Positions 46,823-50,058 of a stretch of 50,058 nt of DNA are shown here, piece by piece. A program made the position numbers and the translations under genes. The DNA is from Gammaproteobacteria bacterium (GTDB lineage: Bacteria; Pseudomonadota; Gammaproteobacteria; SZUA-229), in assembly GCA_003228405.1 (NCBI GenBank), contig QIDK01000044.1, positions 1 to 50,058 of the forward strand. The letters run 5' to 3'. The notes below the pieces were generated by a model that was given only the letters and a program-made list of their open reading frames with translations, did no database searches and was not told where the DNA came from. Numbering within the stretch: position 1 is the first letter of the stretch; the number at the start of each line of letters is the position of its first letter.

Positions 46823-48676
46823 ATGCCAGAAACACCTGCTGAAATAGCCTTCGATGCTGAACACTTTTTAAAAAATACATCCACCCTGGCGGGTGTATAT
46901 CGTATGTATGATGCCCGGCAAAATTTGCTCTATGTGGGCAAGGCTAAAAACTTGAAAAAACGCCTTGCCAGCTATTTTAGAAAAACCGGTTTATCCATAA
47001 AAACCCAGGCACTGGTGAATAAAATTCAGCAGATTGAAGTCACTCTCACCCACACCGAAAGTGAAGCGCTGCTGCTGGAATCTAATTTAATAAAAGAACA
47101 CCAGCCGCCCTATAATATTTTGCTGCGGGATGATAAGTCTTACCCCTATATTTATGTGTCTGTTAAAGATGTCTATCCACAAATTATTATGCACCGGGGA
47201 GCCAGACGTAAAAAAGGCAAATATCTGGGGCCGTTTCCCAGTGCCGGTGCCGTGCGTGACAGCCTGCAGTTTATTCATAAGCTATTCAAAATTCGCACCT
47301 GTGAAGACAGTTACTTTAATAATCGTTCGCGCCCGTGTTTGCAATATCAGATCAAGCGTTGCACCGCACCCTGTGTGGGCTATATCAGTGAAAACCGTTA
47401 TCAGGCAGATATCAGCCATGCGCTGATGTTTCTGCAGGGCAAAAGCACCCAGTTGATTAAAGATCTGGTGGCACAGATGGAGACCGCATCTGAGAAGCAG
47501 AACTTTGAAAAAGCCGCATTGTATCGAGATCAGATTCGCATGCTGCAAAAGGTGGTAGAGAAACAGTATATCTCTGGAGATGAGCGGGATGTAGATATAG
47601 TCGCCTGTTATTGCAGCGGCTCGCAGGCCTGCGTGCAGGTGTTTTTTATTCGTGAAGGGCGTAATCTGGGTAACCGCAGTTATTTTCCCAAATTACCGGA
47701 GGCCTTAAGTGAGTCGCAGGTATTAGGCGGGTTTGTATCCCAGTATTATCTTCAGCAGCAGGGGGCACAGCAACAAACCACCGAAATCATATTAAGCCAT
47801 GAGCTGGAGAACATGCAGGCCCTGCAGCAGACCATTAGCGAGCATATAGGGCATAAGATTCGTCTCGGCTCTCAGGTCAGGTCTGAGCGGGCGCGGTGGG
47901 TGCAGATGGCGTTAAATAATGCAGAAACGGCCCTTAAAGCCAGGCTAAATTCCCGTGCGGGCATGCTAAAACGCTTTGAATCGCTGCAAAAAGTGTTGCA
48001 GTTAGACGAGCTGCCCAGCCGGCTGGAGTGCTTTGATATTAGTCACACCATGGGAGAAGCCACGGTTGCATCCTGCGTTGTATTCACTCTTGAGGGGGCA
48101 TATAAACAGGACTATCGCCGCTTCAATATAGAAGGCATAGAGCCGGGAGATGACTATGCGGCCATGCGACAGGCAATACAGCGACGTTATTCACGATTAA
48201 AGAAAGCCAGTGATGAAGATGCAAAAATGCCTGATATACTCTTTATAGATGGCGGCAAGGGGCAGCTGCGACAGGCGGTGGAAGTGATGGATCAGTTGCA
48301 GATTGATGAGGTACTATTAATCGGCGTTGCCAAAGGCGAGGGGCGTAAGGCAGGCCTTGAAAAACTGGTGTTTAGTGATGGCCGGCAGGAGCTGTATCTG
48401 GCAGAAGATTCCATCGCCTTTCACCTGATTCTCAATGTGCGTGATGAAGCGCATCGCTTCGCCATAAGCGGGCATAGAGCCAAACGAGAAAAAGCCCGGC
48501 GCACCTCATCACTTGAAGCCATACCGGGTTTAGGGCCGAAACGGCGGCAGAACCTGATTAAACACTTCGGCGGCTTACAGGGTGTAAAGCAGGCCGGGGT
48601 AGAAGATTTAGCAAAAGTGCCGGGTATCAGTAGAAGTTTAGCGCAAATCATTTATGATGTGCTGCGTTTAGAATAA
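46823..48676 (+). CDS. uvrC: Excinuclease ABC subunit C
   Basis: GIY-YIG motif (GVYRMYDARQNLLYVGKAKNLKKRLASYF), a UvrB-binding region, an endonuclease V-like domain and a C-terminal (HhH)2 (IPGLGPKRRQNLIKHFGG). Confidence 0.93.
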   Translation: MPETPAEIAFDAEHFLKNTSTLAGVYRMYDARQNLLYVGKAKNLKKRLASYFRKTGLSIKTQALVNKIQQIEVTLTHTESEALLLESNLIKEHQPPYNILLRDDKSYPYIYVSVKDVYPQIIMHRGARRKKGKYLGPFPSAGAVRDSLQFIHKLFKIRTCEDSYFNNRSRPCLQYQIKRCTAPCVGYISENRYQADISHALMFLQGKSTQLIKDLVAQMETASEKQNFEKAALYRDQIRMLQKVVEKQYISGDERDVDIVACYCSGSQACVQVFFIREGRNLGNRSYFPKLPEALSESQVLGGFVSQYYLQQQGAQQQTTEIILSHELENMQALQQTISEHIGHKIRLGSQVRSERARWVQMALNNAETALKARLNSRAGMLKRFESLQKVLQLDELPSRLECFDISHTMGEATVASCVVFTLEGAYKQDYRRFNIEGIEPGDDYAAMRQAIQRRYSRLKKASDEDAKMPDILFIDGGKGQLRQAVEVMDQLQIDEVLLIGVAKGEGRKAGLEKLVFSDGRQELYLAEDSIAFHLILNVRDEAHRFAISGHRAKREKARRTSSLEAIPGLGPKRRQNLIKHFGGLQGVKQAGVEDLAKVPGISRSLAQIIYDVLRLE

Positions 48677-48853
48677 ACAAAAATAATAGCCTTAGCCCGG
48701 GTGGCATTTACTTCCGGCGCCAGGGCAACGAGAATAGATATATGCACCCGTTATGTGCAGTGTTAATCGCTTTTCGAGAATAAATAAAGCTCATGAATTT
48801 TGCAGGCAGCACTTACCCAAAAACAAGCGGCAACTTAAACGAACAATATTTAC

Positions 48854-49414
48854 ATGATACTAAACATACCTAACAGCCTTACCCTGACTCGCATCGCGTT
48901 TATCCCGTTGATTATCGTCATGTTTTATCTGCCCTTTGAATGGGCAAGGCCTGCATCCGCCTGGATATATGGTCTGGCCTGCATCACCGACTGGTTAGAT
49001 GGTTATTTTGCGCGTAAATTAGGCCAGACTACAGACCTTGGTGCCTTCATGGACCCGGTAGCCGATAAGCTGATTGTATCGGTTGTTCTGATACTGCTGG
49101 CATCTGCCCACCCGGAAATCATCATAGTGCTCGGAGCCTGCATTATCATCGGTCGTGAAATAGTCATCTCTGCCCTCAGAGAATGGATGGCGGAGAAAGA
49201 TAAATCAGATGCGGTTAAGGTCTCCACGCTGGGTAAATACAAAACCTTCGTACAAATGTTTGCGCTGGGCTTTCTACTCTACCGAGATGAATGGTATGGC
49301 TTGCCTACTCACAGCATCGGCATAGTGCTACTGGTGATTGCCTCAATATTAACCATCGTGTCGATGGTCGACTATATGAAAGCTGGCTGGAACGAAATTG
49401 AAGGCGACACATAA
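48854..49414 (+). CDS. pgsA: CDP-diacylglycerol--glycerol-3-phosphate 3-phosphatidyltransferase
   Basis: CDP-alcohol phosphatidyltransferase motif DWLDGYFARKLGQTTDLGAFMDPVADK. It is collinear with E. coli PgsA and follows uvrC as in E. coli. Confidence 0.92.
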   Translation: MILNIPNSLTLTRIAFIPLIIVMFYLPFEWARPASAWIYGLACITDWLDGYFARKLGQTTDLGAFMDPVADKLIVSVVLILLASAHPEIIIVLGACIIIGREIVISALREWMAEKDKSDAVKVSTLGKYKTFVQMFALGFLLYRDEWYGLPTHSIGIVLLVIASILTIVSMVDYMKAGWNEIEGDT

Positions 49415-49537
49415 AAAGGCCTGCTTTATAAATATTGCTGCAGGCCCGGCATAACAGGCTTAATTGCGAGAAGCTTTTAACAGTGCGCTTATATTGGTAT
49501 GTTGTTGAATAATGTTACAATTAAACCAAATTACCAC

Positions 49538-49565
49538 TTGACCAAAAACCAGCTATCTCTATAAT
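49538..49565 (+). promoter_or_regulatory. Strong sigma70, stringent-type promoter for the tRNA cluster
   Basis: TTGACC (49538-49543), a 16-nt spacer, TATAAT (49560-49565), then the GC-rich discriminator AGCGCCCTC. This resembles rrn P1-type promoters. It lies 37 nt upstream of tRNA-Gly. Confidence 0.6.
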
Positions 49566-49602
49566 AGCGCCCTCTGTTAAGGCAATAGCCCAAACAGACT
49601 TT

Positions 49603-49677
49603 GCGGGTGTAGCTCAGCGGTAGAGCATCTCGTTGCCAACGAGAATGTCGTGAGTTCGATCCTCATCACCCGCTCCA
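49603..49677 (+). tRNA. tRNA-Gly (anticodon GCC)
   Basis: Hand-folded: GCGGGTG/TA/GCTC-AGCGGTA-GAGC/A/TCTCG-TTGCCAA-CGAGA/ATGTC/GTGAG-TTCGATC-CTCAT/CACCCGC/T/CCA. 75 nt. Confidence 0.92.
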
Positions 49678-49720
49678 GACATAAAATGTTCAGAAATGGC
49701 AGACTGAACAGTGCTATATT

Positions 49721-49747
49721 AAAACCTCGCCAGCCGAGGTTTTTTTA
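49721..49747 (+). terminator. Rho-independent (potentially bidirectional) terminator between tRNA-Gly and tRNA-Cys
   Basis: AAAACCTCG-ccagc-CGAGGTTTTTTT: a 5-bp GC-rich stem extended by an A/T tract, with a T7 run. Confidence 0.6.
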
Positions 49748-49762
49748 TTTATGACCCATCAG

Positions 49763-49836
49763 GGCGGGATAGCAAAGTGGCCATGCAGTTGATTGCAAAT
49801 CAATCTACCTCGGTTCGACTCCGGGTCCCGCCTCCA
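49763..49836 (+). tRNA. tRNA-Cys (anticodon GCA)
   Basis: The GGCGGGA acceptor pairs with TCCCGCC. The anticodon arm is CAGTTGATTGCAAATCAATCT (loop ATTGCAAAT context), the T-loop is GGTTCGACTCC, and a 3' CCA is encoded. 74 nt. Confidence 0.9.
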
Positions 49837-49850
49837 TTTTAAAACCGCCT

Positions 49851-50058
49851 GCCCGAGTGGCGTTGTGGTAGACGATCGTTGTCAAACGATCGCTATCAGC
49901 AATGCAAATAGGGTTTAAAAGTAGTAAGAAGTCATCTGCCCAGGTGGCGTTGTGGTAGACAATCGTTGAAAACGATAGGTATCAGCAATGCAAATAGGGT
50001 TTAAAAGTAGTAAGAAGTCATCTGCCCAGGTGGCGTTGTGGTAGACAATCGTTGTCAA
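49851..50058 (+). repeat. Tandem array of tRNA-Leu-derived pseudo-units (87, 86 and a 35-nt partial), truncated by the window end
   Basis: Units start at 49851, 49938 and 50024. Each begins GCCC(GA/AG)GTGGCGTTGTGGTAGAC, which matches a tRNA-Leu acceptor 5' strand plus D arm. A hairpin with an ATCGTT/AACGAT core follows, then TATCAGCAATGCAAATAGGGTTTAAAAGTAGTAAGAAGTCATCT. There is no complementary 3' acceptor strand and no T stem. Confidence 0.85.

Noticed and set aside
46556-46884. Two minus-strand ORFs (80 and 75 aa) between uvrY and uvrC
   Set aside because: Their composition is low-complexity, Phe/Leu/Cys-rich, driven by an A-rich plus strand. They overlap each other and the uvrC start. 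I see no RBS and no recognisable motif.
49851-49937. Calling the first unit a functional tRNA-Leu, or a tRNA-Leu with a group I intron
   Set aside because: No 3' segment is complementary to GCCCGAG, the T stem cannot form, and there is no CCA. The next unit begins immediately after 87 nt, which leaves no room for an intron or a 3' exon.
49851-50058. CRISPR array reading of the terminal repeats
   Set aside because: The units are contiguous and almost entirely identical, so there are no unique spacers between short repeats. The period is 86-87 nt, and there are no cas genes in the window.

Overview
This 50 kb window reads as ordinary core chromosome of a moderately AT-rich gammaproteobacterium. 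I could not run any searches, so every call rests on motifs and remembered family signatures.

Content: about 42 convincing protein genes.
- Housekeeping: trpS, scpA, scpB, rluB, fabV, lpxH, ppiB, dapE, a fadE/fadI-like/fadJ-like beta-oxidation operon, uvrY(gacA), uvrC and pgsA.
- Proteases: an S2P/M50 protease, a Lon-like protease and an M16 peptidase.
- Signalling: a PilZ protein, a cNMP-binding/rhodanese protein, a tandem Ser/Thr kinase and a CYTH protein.
- Transport: a TetR-TolC-RND cluster, an EamA transporter and an RCK-gated K+ channel.
- tRNAs: Arg(CCT), Gly(GCC) and Cys(GCA).

The 3' end reproduces the enterobacterial uvrY-uvrC-pgsA-glyW-cysT(-leuZ) synteny.

I see no transposase, integrase, phage gene, cas gene, CRISPR array or recognisable defence system. 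The intergenic space is instead littered with at least five families of small palindromic, MITE-like repeats. One pair preserves a filled and an empty insertion site inside this window.

Most unusual observations, in order of interest:
1. A head-to-tail array of 86-87 nt tRNA-Leu-derived pseudo-units sits exactly where tRNA-Leu should be. It has conserved scaffolds and variable anticodon-like loops, and it runs off the window end.
2. A membrane-anchored tandem kinase/pseudokinase.
3. An 18-unit in-frame 9-bp repeat gives ScpB a (DSS)12(ESS)6 tail.
4. A small flagellar-rod-C-terminus-like protein is paired with an SprA/CJM1_0395-type putative metalloprotease.
5. A translationally coupled TolC-RND pair has no periplasmic adaptor gene.
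6. An 84-nt element is shared by the leaders of two unrelated peptidase genes.

Both window ends fall in repeats, which suggests contig breaks.
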